Origin: Promethearchaeota archaeon
GTDB taxonomy: Archaea > Asgardarchaeota > Lokiarchaeia > Sigyniarchaeales > SOKP01
Reading direction: 5' to 3'
Assembly: GCA_016839555.1 (NCBI GenBank)
Contig: JAEOUA010000005.1
Span: 1 to 64,000, forward strand
DNA: 64,000 nt
The notes under the pieces were generated by a model. It searched no databases. It was not told where the DNA came from and saw only the letters and a list, made by a program, of their open reading frames with translations. Each line of letters starts with the position of its first letter. Within the stretch, counting starts at the first letter, position 1. Shown piece after piece: positions 18,549-28,252 of the stretch. The translations under genes and the position numbers were made by a program.

Positions 18549-19730
18549 ATGGAAAAAACAAAAGTCTATCAAAACTATAAGATGAATGAAATGGTTAAGA
18601 AAGAAGAAAGCTCGGAGTCATTTTTTAAATTAAAGGATTTAGTCTTAGATACCATTAACAAAGTGAAATCAAGCGAAATTGAAAGGGAAGACTTATCAAA
18701 TAACTGGGTTTCCTACTTTAGATACTCCGAAAATCCTTTAAAATTGCTTGATCCCAAGCAAAAGCTTAACGAAAATAAGTTAAATTTATTTGTAAATCGA
18801 GAGAGGGAGATTGAACTACTCTCTAAATATATTGGAATGGCAAAAGAACTTAAAAACCCCCTACATTTAGCGATCATAGGATCTAAAGGGATTGGAAAGC
18901 ATACCACCTTAAAAGTAATCTCAGAAATCATACAAAATTCATTACCAGAAATTACTTTTGAGTTTTACGATCAATTAGGATTGTATAATTATAAAAAGAG
19001 TAAATCATTGACTTCAAGAGAAATTACAGAACTGAATGAGAAAGAATTGGATATGAGAATTTATTGTTATGCTGGAAAAAATAAGGGCTTATTACTTGAA
19101 AGGATTTACAATTTTAAGCAAAATACGAAGCTCACAACTTCAGCTTGGAACGCTTCGGAGTATTCCACCGATGATGATCTATTAATAGATAAGAAAATGT
19201 TCTTTGAAAGTTTTAGTAATGGGCAAATTGAAGAGATCTTAATGAAACGCATTGAGAACACTCTTCATATTTCCAACCATAATAGAGAATATTTTAACAC
19301 CCTTAAGGAAGCAACCATTCCAGAGATAATTAAGAATTATAAAGGTAATTTAAGGTTAGCCTTTAAAATGGTTGAAATCCTTCATCAGCAAGCCACCAAT
19401 AAAAGAGTAAAAACCATCAATAAAACTCTCACTAAGGAAGTAGTATACAAAATAAATATCATCAGGGAAATTAAGCTTACCAACAAAGAAAAGGAAATTT
19501 TAAATTATTATCTTCAAAATCCTAAGTTAAAATTCATTACCACCACGCATTTAGTCGAAGAGTTAGATTATAACCGCACTTTAGCGTGGAACTATTTAGA
19601 ACGACTTGTGCAAAAAGGGGTTTTACGAAATATCCAATATGGAAAGCCTTCAAAATACCAATTAAGTGAACTTTTTACCATTATTTATGAAGAACGACTA
19701 ATGAAAGAAATGGTAAAGACTTTTGTTTAA
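18549..19730 (+). CDS. Cdc6/Orc1-like architecture AAA+ protein with C-terminal wHTH (degenerate ATPase)
   Basis: LFVNREREI, GSKGIGKHT (Walker A variant), GNLR sensor-2-like motif, C-terminal HTH LERLVQKGVL; no clear Walker B. Confidence 0.65.
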   Translation: MEKTKVYQNYKMNEMVKKEESSESFFKLKDLVLDTINKVKSSEIEREDLSNNWVSYFRYSENPLKLLDPKQKLNENKLNLFVNREREIELLSKYIGMAKELKNPLHLAIIGSKGIGKHTTLKVISEIIQNSLPEITFEFYDQLGLYNYKKSKSLTSREITELNEKELDMRIYCYAGKNKGLLLERIYNFKQNTKLTTSAWNASEYSTDDDLLIDKKMFFESFSNGQIEEILMKRIENTLHISNHNREYFNTLKEATIPEIIKNYKGNLRLAFKMVEILHQQATNKRVKTINKTLTKEVVYKINIIREIKLTNKEKEILNYYLQNPKLKFITTTHLVEELDYNRTLAWNYLERLVQKGVLRNIQYGKPSKYQLSELFTIIYEERLMKEMVKTFV

Positions 19731-19756
19731 TATTTTTTTATTTATTTTCTTTGTTG

Positions 19757-19829
19757 TTTGAGAATACATAAGAGCATATCTTAACCTTACTCAATTATTA
19801 TAAGTATGCTCAATTTATCCTTTTTCCTT
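19757..19829. repeat. ~70-bp intergenic repeat, copy 2
   Basis: TTTGAGAATACATAAGAGCATATCTTAA...GTATGCTCAA. Confidence 0.75.
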
Positions 19830-19882
19830 TAATATTAGCATTATATCACTAAATCTAATTACAAAAAAAGAGTAAAGAAAAA

Positions 19883-19993
19883 ATGCTAAAATCCAAAAAA
19901 GAAGTTGTGAAATGTGCAAGGTGTGGATTTGAGGGATTAAAAGACATTGAATTATTAAAATGTGAAACCCTTTCTAAATGGGATGAATATTAA
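19883..19993 (+). CDS. 36-aa CxxC micro-ORF or gene remnant
   Basis: MLKSKKEVVKCARCGFEGLKDIELLKCETLSKWDEY. Confidence 0.3.
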   Translation: MLKSKKEVVKCARCGFEGLKDIELLKCETLSKWDEY

Positions 19994-20065
19994 CTGACGA
20001 ATAGAATCAATTTTAAAAATTTATTTAAAACCACGAAATGAAAAAAAAAACAAAAAAATTTCCTA

Positions 20066-20098
20066 TTTGAGAATTATTAAGAATACGTCTTAACTTAT
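20066..20098. repeat. partial third copy of the intergenic repeat
   Basis: TTTGAGAATTATTAAGAATACGTCTTAACTTAT keeps TAAGA-N5-TCTTA. Confidence 0.55.
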
Positions 20099-20334
20099 TT
20101 CCATCTTGGAAAATGATTTGGCACCAATTATTACTAAGACAATTCCAAAATGTATATTCTTCCCTAGTTCATTAAATTCTATGTTATATTTGTCAATAAT
20201 CGACATTATAATAAAAATGTTTAAAATTCTTTTATTTAAAATTTAATAGAATAGTAATTTTAAGTAAAAAAATTTAATAGAATTAGATATTTACGAATAA
20301 ATTATAAAAAAACATAAGTAAAAATAAAGGGACT

Positions 20335-21603
20335 ATGAGTCAGAAACCAAATAAAAAAATAACAAGGAGCATTATTTTTATTGCTTTAGCAGGACAAATT
20401 GCTTGGGCAGTAGAAAACCAATATTTTAATGTCTTTATGTATAACGAGATAGCGCCAATTCCTATTTTTATTTCGATTATGGTCGCCGCGAGCGCTATTG
20501 TAGCCACTGTTACTAGTATATTAATGGGATCCTATAGTGATGTTAAAGGGAAAAGAAGATCTTTAATGTTAATTGGGTTTATTTTTTGGACTATTACTAC
20601 TTCAATTTATCCTTTTTCAGCACTTTTTCCTAAAATTGAATTTGCTATAGCGATTGCTATTATTTTTGATTGTTTAATGACTTTTTTTGGCTCAACCGCG
20701 TATGACGCTAGTTTTAATGCATATATTACTGATGTAACAACTTTAGAAAATAGAGGAAAAGTTCTAAGTTTAGTTGAAATCATGACTATAATATCTATTT
20801 TAATCACTTATGGTTTTTCTGGATTTATTATAGCAGCTTGGGGTTATTTTATCTTATTTTTCATCGTTGGAACCCTTGTAGGAATCTTTGGAATCACAGG
20901 AGCTTACTTAGCAGAGGAACCAAAAAATTTAGAGCTTTTACAAATAAATATTTTAGATCATCTGAAAAGTACCTTCAAGAAAGAAAATCTCAGTAAAAAT
21001 AAAGATATATTTCTTGTTTTAACTGGAGCTACAATGTGGGGCATTGGTTTTAATGTATTCTTTCCATACGTATTAATATACTTACAAAATTATCCTTTGG
21101 TTTCTCTCGATGTGCTTGCTGCTTCACTTATAGTATTTATAGCATTTCTTGTAGCAATGATAGCCGCTTATCCTATAGGGATCATAATTGATAAAATCGG
21201 TAGGAAAAAAATTTCACTAATATCGATTGTTTTTGAGGCAGTAAGTCTCTTTATATTCGCTTTCATGGTTAATATAGTTCTATTATTTATTATGGGGACT
21301 ATATGGGTATTTTTCATGACAATTTGGACGATATCAACTAATACTTGGATTAAAGACCTATATCCTGAAAAAAAATACGGTCAATTTAGTGGTTATTTTA
21401 TACTTTTTACGGTTTTATTCACAATGGTTCCCGGTCCTCTTATTGGAGGATGGCTCTCTCAAGAGTTTGGAATTCCCTTTGTTGATGAAAATGGGATCCC
21501 TGGTTATATTCCTACACCTATAATATTTGTAGCTGCCGCCATAATTATTTTAATCTCCATGTTACCGATAATTTTTGCCAAAGAACATTCATTTAATTCT
21601 TAA
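20335..21603 (+). CDS. MFS transporter
   Basis: About 12 TM helices; motif A GSYSDVKGKRR and GIIIDKIGRKK. Confidence 0.9.
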   Translation: MSQKPNKKITRSIIFIALAGQIAWAVENQYFNVFMYNEIAPIPIFISIMVAASAIVATVTSILMGSYSDVKGKRRSLMLIGFIFWTITTSIYPFSALFPKIEFAIAIAIIFDCLMTFFGSTAYDASFNAYITDVTTLENRGKVLSLVEIMTIISILITYGFSGFIIAAWGYFILFFIVGTLVGIFGITGAYLAEEPKNLELLQINILDHLKSTFKKENLSKNKDIFLVLTGATMWGIGFNVFFPYVLIYLQNYPLVSLDVLAASLIVFIAFLVAMIAAYPIGIIIDKIGRKKISLISIVFEAVSLFIFAFMVNIVLLFIMGTIWVFFMTIWTISTNTWIKDLYPEKKYGQFSGYFILFTVLFTMVPGPLIGGWLSQEFGIPFVDENGIPGYIPTPIIFVAAAIIILISMLPIIFAKEHSFNS

Positions 21604-21715
21604 TGATTTTATTCTTTGTTAAAATTTTAGCAATTTTTTCAAATAAGAATATAAAATAAATTAGGAGAAAAAAGAAATAATTCAATAAGAAAAACAGACT
21701 AGGTAAAAAAAATAA

Positions 21716-23074
21716 CTATTTACCTATTTTTTCTTCAATAACATCAGCTATATGTTTACAATATTTTTCTGTTTCATTTTCACTGGATGCTTCTACCATT
21801 ACCCTACATAAAGGTTGAGTCCCTGAATAGCGTACTAATACTCTTCCTCTGTCAGAAAGTTCATTTTCTACATCTTCTATTATTTCTTTTATTTCTGGTA
21901 TTGAATCCAGATCGGGTTTATCTGTTACGGTGACATTTACAAGTTTCTGTGGATAGACTTTCATGATTTTTGCTAGCTCAGATAAGGGTTTACCTGTTTC
22001 TTTCATAACTTTTAAGACTTGTAATGCTGTTAAAATACCATCTCCGGTCGTATGATAATCTAGAAAGATAATATGACCTGATTCTTCACCTCCAATAACC
22101 GAACCTGATTTGATCATTTCTTCTAACACATATCTATCTCCTACCCTTGTTATGATATTGTTGATACCTAATTCTTTCATTGCAATTCTAAATCCATAAT
22201 TAGACATTTGAGTTGTAACTACTGTGTTATTTGTAAGCTTACCTTTTTCTTTAAGATAATTCGCGCATATAGCAATGACTTGATCTCCTGTTATGATATT
22301 TCCTTTTTCATCAATTGAGATTAATCGATCAGCATCTCCATCAAATGCTAATCCAATATCAAAACTCCCATTTACAACAGTGTCCCTTAGAGTCTCCACA
22401 TGTTGAGATCCACATTCTTTATTGATATTTATTCCATCAGGATTCGCATATAATGGTTTTACCATAGCCTCTAATTCATAAAATAATTGAGGTGCGATTC
22501 TAAACGCAGCTCCATTGGCACAATCGAGTGCGATTTTCATCCCCTCCAAAGTAATTTGTTTTGGAAAGTTGCTTTTTAAAAACCCAATGTAAAGACCTTT
22601 TGCGTCATCTAAAACAGAAGCTTTTCCTAAATCTTGAGGTTCTGGATAAAAATCATTTAATTTTTCTGGTTCTAAAATGAATTTTTCAATTTGTTCTTCT
22701 TTTTCATCTGATAATTTATATCCATCACCACCAATTATTTTAATTCCATTGTCCTCAAATGGATTATGAGACGCAGAAATAACAATTCCCGCATCAGCTC
22801 TTACACTCCATGATAAATATGCAATGCCAGGTGTTGTCATTACTCCAACCATTATCGCATCAACACCCATGCTACAAATGCCCGAAATAATAGCATGTTC
22901 CAGCAGATGACCCGAAATGCGAGTATCTCTACCCACAATAATTCGAGTATATGGTGATTCCCTTTTGAAGATATAGGCGACTGCCTTCCCTAAATTTAAT
23001 GCCATATCTGCAGTTATAGGATATTTGTTAGCCACTCCACGAATTCCATCCGTACCAAACAATTCTCGTCCCAA
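21716..23074 (-). CDS. glmM: phosphoglucosamine mutase
   Basis: FGTDGIRG, ISASHNP, DGDADR, GGEESGH, RYSGTQP. Confidence 0.95.
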   Translation of the reverse strand: MGRELFGTDGIRGVANKYPITADMALNLGKAVAYIFKRESPYTRIIVGRDTRISGHLLEHAIISGICSMGVDAIMVGVMTTPGIAYLSWSVRADAGIVISASHNPFEDNGIKIIGGDGYKLSDEKEEQIEKFILEPEKLNDFYPEPQDLGKASVLDDAKGLYIGFLKSNFPKQITLEGMKIALDCANGAAFRIAPQLFYELEAMVKPLYANPDGININKECGSQHVETLRDTVVNGSFDIGLAFDGDADRLISIDEKGNIITGDQVIAICANYLKEKGKLTNNTVVTTQMSNYGFRIAMKELGINNIITRVGDRYVLEEMIKSGSVIGGEESGHIIFLDYHTTGDGILTALQVLKVMKETGKPLSELAKIMKVYPQKLVNVTVTDKPDLDSIPEIKEIIEDVENELSDRGRVLVRYSGTQPLCRVMVEASSENETEKYCKHIADVIEEKIGK

Positions 23075-23105
23075 AATATCACCTTTTTTATTATTTTTTT
23101 ATTTA

Positions 23106-24392
23106 TTAAGTAAATGATGAAAGATATTTCAATGCACTATCCCTAATTTTCTTAATTATAGAAGATAGCCAATTAATTCCAACGTTTTTAGTACTTTCAT
23201 CTAAATTTTTTATAATTTTTATATAATTATTATTTTCTTTTTTAATATTATTGTCTATTTTTATTAGGAACTCTTTTTTCTTATCCTCATTACCCAGATA
23301 TGAAAGATGGGCTCTAAAAATATTTTCTATCTTTTGATAATTCTCAATAAGTTCATTTTTTTGCTTAATGAGTATTTCTGACGCTTCATTCCCCATGATT
23401 GATTTATATTGTTTTAACGATTGTTTCATTTTAGTCGCTAATTGGTTAAACCTATTAATTCTTTCATTTAAAACAAGATCAAGTTTTGCGAGTGCTCCTT
23501 CATAAAGTATGTGTTCCATATTACTTCTTTGAAAAAATTTCGAGCGTACAGTTATATACCATTGTCTAAGAGCAATAAGATTTGCAATATATTCAATAGA
23601 ATTTACAACTCTCCTTTTAACACTCCAATATACTCCGGGGTGAAAATCCATATCCTTTTTTTTAGAGTTATTACCAAATAAAAGTTTATTACCTTCCGGA
23701 CAATCCCCCCGATAAATAACACCCGCGGCAATCACAGTATTATAACCAATATTACTTGGACCTACTAAGCCTCCTTGACCGCCTAAAAAGATAGGTGGTT
23801 GATTAAGCATTACTCCATGAGCGACATCACCAATTAAAGATGCTGTTGCTTTATCTTGATTTGGGGTATAATTAAAATGGATATATGAACTGCCCACTTC
23901 ACTATGATCTTTTCTGCTTGTACCACCCGCCATCAATATATCACAAAAATTAATTAAACTTCCTAAGGTAACAAAAGGAAACAAGATTGTCTGTTTGAGT
24001 CCCACAGTATGTGCGCCATTTGCTTTTTCCTCTAATAGACATCCTTCCCGGACTTCAGCGCCATCCCCCATATTAGCAGAATCCAAAAAGGTGGAATTTT
24101 CAAAATAACCTCCTTTTAATTCAACATTCCTTCCTAATTGACAATTTTTTATCGTTACTGGAGATCTTGCGCCTAATTTAACTCCTGACATAATTAAAGT
24201 GTCTTTTCCGAAAATTTTACACCCAGAATGGATTACAACATCCTCAGCTGATATAAAGTCTAAATTGATTTCCTTCCCTATTTCCACCGAGCTGGGATTC
24301 GGTATTCTTACACCTTTTTCAATTAAAGCATATATTAATGAATTTTTTTTCTCATCCATCCTAAAAATTGTAATAGTTAGATATTTTTTCAA
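23106..24392 (-). CDS. GlmU-related left-handed beta-helix protein (probable glucosamine-1-P acetyltransferase)
   Basis: Hexapeptide-like repeats, GSLINFCD, FNY and IGD motifs like the GlmU C-terminal domain; lies between nagB and glmM; likely start ATG 24359. Confidence 0.7.
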   Translation of the reverse strand: MKKYLTITIFRMDEKKNSLIYALIEKGVRIPNPSSVEIGKEINLDFISAEDVVIHSGCKIFGKDTLIMSGVKLGARSPVTIKNCQLGRNVELKGGYFENSTFLDSANMGDGAEVREGCLLEEKANGAHTVGLKQTILFPFVTLGSLINFCDILMAGGTSRKDHSEVGSSYIHFNYTPNQDKATASLIGDVAHGVMLNQPPIFLGGQGGLVGPSNIGYNTVIAAGVIYRGDCPEGNKLLFGNNSKKKDMDFHPGVYWSVKRRVVNSIEYIANLIALRQWYITVRSKFFQRSNMEHILYEGALAKLDLVLNERINRFNQLATKMKQSLKQYKSIMGNEASEILIKQKNELIENYQKIENIFRAHLSYLGNEDKKKEFLIKIDNNIKKENNNYIKIIKNLDESTKNVGINWLSSIIKKIRDSALKYLSSFT

Positions 24393-24395
24393 TAA

Positions 24396-25208
24396 TTACA
24401 AGGAGAATTTTTTCTTTAAATTTTCAACATGTTTGTAATGTTTAATTCTTTTTAAAGATGATGCAGCATCTTCATCAAGTACGATGGTAACTTTTGGATG
24501 CAACTGCAATGAAGTGGAAGTAATTTGGGAAGTTAATGGGCCTTCAATTGCTTCAGCTACTATATCTGCTTTTCTCTTCCCGCTTGCAATTAATAAAGCA
24601 TGTCGAGAATCAAGTATGGTACCTATACCTATAGTAATAGCAAAATGAGGCATCTTTTCTCGAGGGATCCCACTCTTTTTATAAAAAAGTTCATAGTTAT
24701 CATCTAATGTTTGTTTAGTTAGCGCTGTGATATGTGTTTTAGAATTGAAAGAAGTTCCAGGTTCATTAAAACCCACATGACCATCGCCGCCAATTCCTAA
24801 TAATTGTATATCAATACCTCCCGCTTTTTTAATTTGCGCTTCATACCATTCACAATGTTTAAGTGGATCTTCTGTGAGTCCATCGGGAACGTAATAATTT
24901 CCTTTCTTAATATTTATATGTTTAAATAATTCCTCCCACATATAACGAGCATAACTCTGATCCTCATTATAAGGTTTATCAAGGTCAATACTTATCCCTA
25001 AATATTCATCAAGATTGAAGGATGTGACTTTTGAAAAATCTAAATTCTCTTCTTTATGTTGTCGTATAAGCTCTTTATATGTACCTATAGGAGTGCTACC
25101 CGTGGCCAATCCTAATATGCATTTTGAATTCATGCTGATTTGCTCAGCAATAATGTTCGCTGCAGTTCTACTAATTTCATCATAATTTTTTCGAATTAAA
25201 ACGTCCAT
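24396..25208 (-). CDS. nagB: glucosamine-6-phosphate deaminase
   Basis: LGLATGSTP, FNLDEY, LGIGGDGHVGFNEPG. Confidence 0.95.
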   Translation of the reverse strand: MDVLIRKNYDEISRTAANIIAEQISMNSKCILGLATGSTPIGTYKELIRQHKEENLDFSKVTSFNLDEYLGISIDLDKPYNEDQSYARYMWEELFKHINIKKGNYYVPDGLTEDPLKHCEWYEAQIKKAGGIDIQLLGIGGDGHVGFNEPGTSFNSKTHITALTKQTLDDNYELFYKKSGIPREKMPHFAITIGIGTILDSRHALLIASGKRKADIVAEAIEGPLTSQITSTSLQLHPKVTIVLDEDAASSLKRIKHYKHVENLKKKFSL

Positions 25209-25407
25209 GATATATCTATTTATGAAAACTTCTATTTTAACTTTTTATAATCAAAAATCCTTAATAAAAAAATGGGAATTAAATTAGTTAAACTGATTAA
25301 ACTAATAAAACTGATACAGCTTGTTTAACAAATCACTTATAAATTTAATTTCTATTAATAATTTAATAAATATTTGAATAAAAAAATAAACGTCTAGGTA
25401 ATACATA

Positions 25408-27255
25408 ATGTGTGGGATCTTTGGTTTAATTTCTAAAGAGTGCTTGGATATAGGAGAAATTGCACTCGAGGGGATAAAAAGTTTAGAATATCGCGGATAT
25501 GATTCCTGCGGAATTGCCTTTCAAAATGGAGGAAAATTAACGGTCAAGAAAGTGTCTGGAAAGATTAATGATATGCAAAAAAAGTTTAATTTAGAAACTT
25601 TATCCGGACATCTTGCGATAGCTCACACTCGATGGGCCACGCATGGGGCTCCAACTGAAAGGAACAGTCATCCTCATACAGATTGTACGGGAGATATCGC
25701 TTTAGTTCATAATGGAATTATAGAAAATTTCATGGAATTAAAAGACGAATTGAAATCAAAAGGGCATATTTTCAAATCGGAGACAGATACAGAAATTCTC
25801 CCTCATCTCATTGAAGATTTTTTGAAAGAGGGGTTCAATTTTAAAGAGGCTGTGATTCGAACTTTAAAAAGATGTAAAGGCGCATATGGAATCGCAGTGT
25901 GTTATACAAAAGAACCAGATGTTATAATTGTTGCCCGAAAAGAATCTCCGATTGTGATTGGAATAGAAGAGGGAAAAATAAGCTATTGTGCTTCCGATAT
26001 TCCTGCCATATTACCTCATACACGTTCTTGTTATATTTTAGAAGATGATGAATTGGCAATATTGCAACCTGGAAAAGCTGAATTTTATAATATTCAAAAT
26101 TCTGTAAATAAAATTGATAAAAAACCTGAATATATCAATTGGAGTGTAGATGATGCTAAAAAAAATGGGTACGAACATTTTATGCTTAAAGAAATTTTTG
26201 AAGAACCAACAGCAATAAGAAATACATTAAAAATTGAAATGAAAGATTTTCAAATCTTTGCAAAACATTTACTCTCGGCTGATCATATCTATATTACCGC
26301 AGCCGGCACATCATATTATGCTGCTTTAGCAGGAAAATATATGATCAATAAGTTTTTAGGAAAATATATTCAAGGAATTGAATGCAGTGAATTTCAAAAT
26401 AATCTTATTGGTGCTTTGGAGAAAAATTCAGTCATTCTTGCAGTCAGTCAATCTGGAGAAACTGCTGATACTATTGAAGCTATCCGGTGGGCTAAAAAAA
26501 CTCAAAATGATATTAAAATCTTATCAATCACAAATGTGGTAGGATCTTCACTCACAAGATACTCGGATCATTATATAGTTACCAGAGCAGGTCCAGAAAT
26601 TGGAGTAGCATCAACCAAAACATATGTAACCCAAGTAATTGTCCTTGCATTAATCGCATTAGAGATAGCAAAACTGAAAAAAGCCATCTCTAAGGAGGAA
26701 ATTCAAAAATATTATGATGCGCTTATCTCAACTCCAGATATTATAGAAAATTTTCTCGATAAAAATATTCATTCAGTTAAAAACTTGGTAAGAAATTTGG
26801 AGAAAAATATAAATTATTTCTTTTTAGCTCGAGGAATCTCTATAGCCACAGCAAAGGAAGGGGGATTAAAACTAAAAGAAGTTGCATGCCGATTTATAGA
26901 AGGATATTCGGCAGCTCATGCCAAACATGGACCTATATCTCTTGTTAGAAAAGGATTTCCTATTATTTTTATTGCTCCTCCAGATGAAACTTATGAGAGA
27001 TTAGTTGGTAATGTCATGGAATTCAAGGCGAGAGGAGGTTATATTATTTCTGTTGTTTCGGAATCAGATAAAAAAGTTACTGAATTAAGTAATGTCACAA
27101 TTCGTATTCCACAGCCATCAAATAAGTATTTTAATTTACTTACGCCAATTACCTTTATTCCTGCACTTCAATTACTTGCGTATTATGCTGCCTTAGAACA
27201 TGGTCTAGATCCTGATAAACCTCTAAATTTAGCTAAAACAGTGACTGTTCATTAA
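25408..27255 (+). CDS. glmS: glutamine--fructose-6-phosphate aminotransferase (isomerizing)
   Basis: MCGIFG, LEYRGYDS, HTRWATHG, SQSGETADT, NLAKTVTV. Confidence 0.97.
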   Translation: MCGIFGLISKECLDIGEIALEGIKSLEYRGYDSCGIAFQNGGKLTVKKVSGKINDMQKKFNLETLSGHLAIAHTRWATHGAPTERNSHPHTDCTGDIALVHNGIIENFMELKDELKSKGHIFKSETDTEILPHLIEDFLKEGFNFKEAVIRTLKRCKGAYGIAVCYTKEPDVIIVARKESPIVIGIEEGKISYCASDIPAILPHTRSCYILEDDELAILQPGKAEFYNIQNSVNKIDKKPEYINWSVDDAKKNGYEHFMLKEIFEEPTAIRNTLKIEMKDFQIFAKHLLSADHIYITAAGTSYYAALAGKYMINKFLGKYIQGIECSEFQNNLIGALEKNSVILAVSQSGETADTIEAIRWAKKTQNDIKILSITNVVGSSLTRYSDHYIVTRAGPEIGVASTKTYVTQVIVLALIALEIAKLKKAISKEEIQKYYDALISTPDIIENFLDKNIHSVKNLVRNLEKNINYFFLARGISIATAKEGGLKLKEVACRFIEGYSAAHAKHGPISLVRKGFPIIFIAPPDETYERLVGNVMEFKARGGYIISVVSESDKKVTELSNVTIRIPQPSNKYFNLLTPITFIPALQLLAYYAALEHGLDPDKPLNLAKTVTVH

Positions 27256-27300
27256 ATTATTCTATTTCTGAGAGAGATCTTAATTTCTTTGGAAAGAAAT

Positions 27301-28185
27301 CTATTTGAAATTATTCTTTTTTAATCTGTATTCCGTATCTTGCTTTTTCCTCTTAAATATCATCCATTTTAAAATTTCCAGACTTTCCTTTATATTGCCG
27401 ATCCCATGAACCTCAAAAAGTTTCTTTAAACTTTTGCGATTCTCTTTCTTTAGTTTTTCATATTTAGCATATATTTTTTTAAATGCTTTATTAGTGTTTG
27501 TTCGTTCAACTTCTATTATTGCATCTGAGAGTCTTTTCACGATTTCATTTAAGATTTTTTCACCTTTTTCAATAGTGGATTGCGTCTTAGGGTCAATTCC
27601 CCATATTCCGTGTCTTATGGTCCTCTCAGGATAAGTTAAACCTTCTGGAAGTTGCTCCAAATCAACAAAATTAGAATCTATAGCCATCATCATCGATGTT
27701 TCCCAATAGGCAGCATGATCCCCAAAATACCCCCAATCTGGAATTAATTTTTGCTCGGGTATACCTAAGGCAAAACAATCTTTATGTTTTTTGGAAATTT
27801 TTTTTGCTGCTTTCATAACTTGTTTAATTTGGCCTTCAGGGTAATGCCCGGTCAATAAAATAATAATTTTAAAGCCCCATTGATAAAGTTGTTTCACAAG
27901 GTTTTTAGTCATTTTTTTTAGAGATCGTTTTGAAAAATGAAAGGTGAATGGAAATTTCATGGTACCAAATGCCCCATAATTGACGCAGGGAAATAATACG
28001 CCCCCAGTAATTTCTACGGATCTTCTGCAAATTTCTTCAGCTTTTATACTGTCAACCCCAAGAATCATATGTTCTCCATGCCACTCCAGAGCTCCAAAAG
28101 GAATATAAGCAATAGAATGTTGATTAAGCATGGTCTCTAATTCTTTTGGAAAAGATTCCATGTAATGTATATACTTTTTTGTCAT
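27301..28185 (-). CDS. creatininase / creatinine amidohydrolase family protein
   Basis: PFGALEWHGEH...GVD, TGH, DHAAYWETS. Confidence 0.9.
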   Translation of the reverse strand: MTKKYIHYMESFPKELETMLNQHSIAYIPFGALEWHGEHMILGVDSIKAEEICRRSVEITGGVLFPCVNYGAFGTMKFPFTFHFSKRSLKKMTKNLVKQLYQWGFKIIILLTGHYPEGQIKQVMKAAKKISKKHKDCFALGIPEQKLIPDWGYFGDHAAYWETSMMMAIDSNFVDLEQLPEGLTYPERTIRHGIWGIDPKTQSTIEKGEKILNEIVKRLSDAIIEVERTNTNKAFKKIYAKYEKLKKENRKSLKKLFEVHGIGNIKESLEILKWMIFKRKKQDTEYRLKKNNFK

Positions 28186-28252
28186 TATTTTTGATTTTTA
28201 ACTCTTTAGAAGAATGAATTAATAATTTTAACTAAAAAAAGTAATATCAAAA

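Noticed and set aside
18135-20098. CRISPR array or canonical integron attC array
   Set aside because: Copies are 0.3-1.6 kb apart and diverged, there are no RYYYAAC/GTTRRRY ends, and no cas or integrase gene is in the window
25209-25407. glmS ribozyme upstream of glmS
   Set aside because: The spacer is almost pure A/T with no ribozyme core or stable stems
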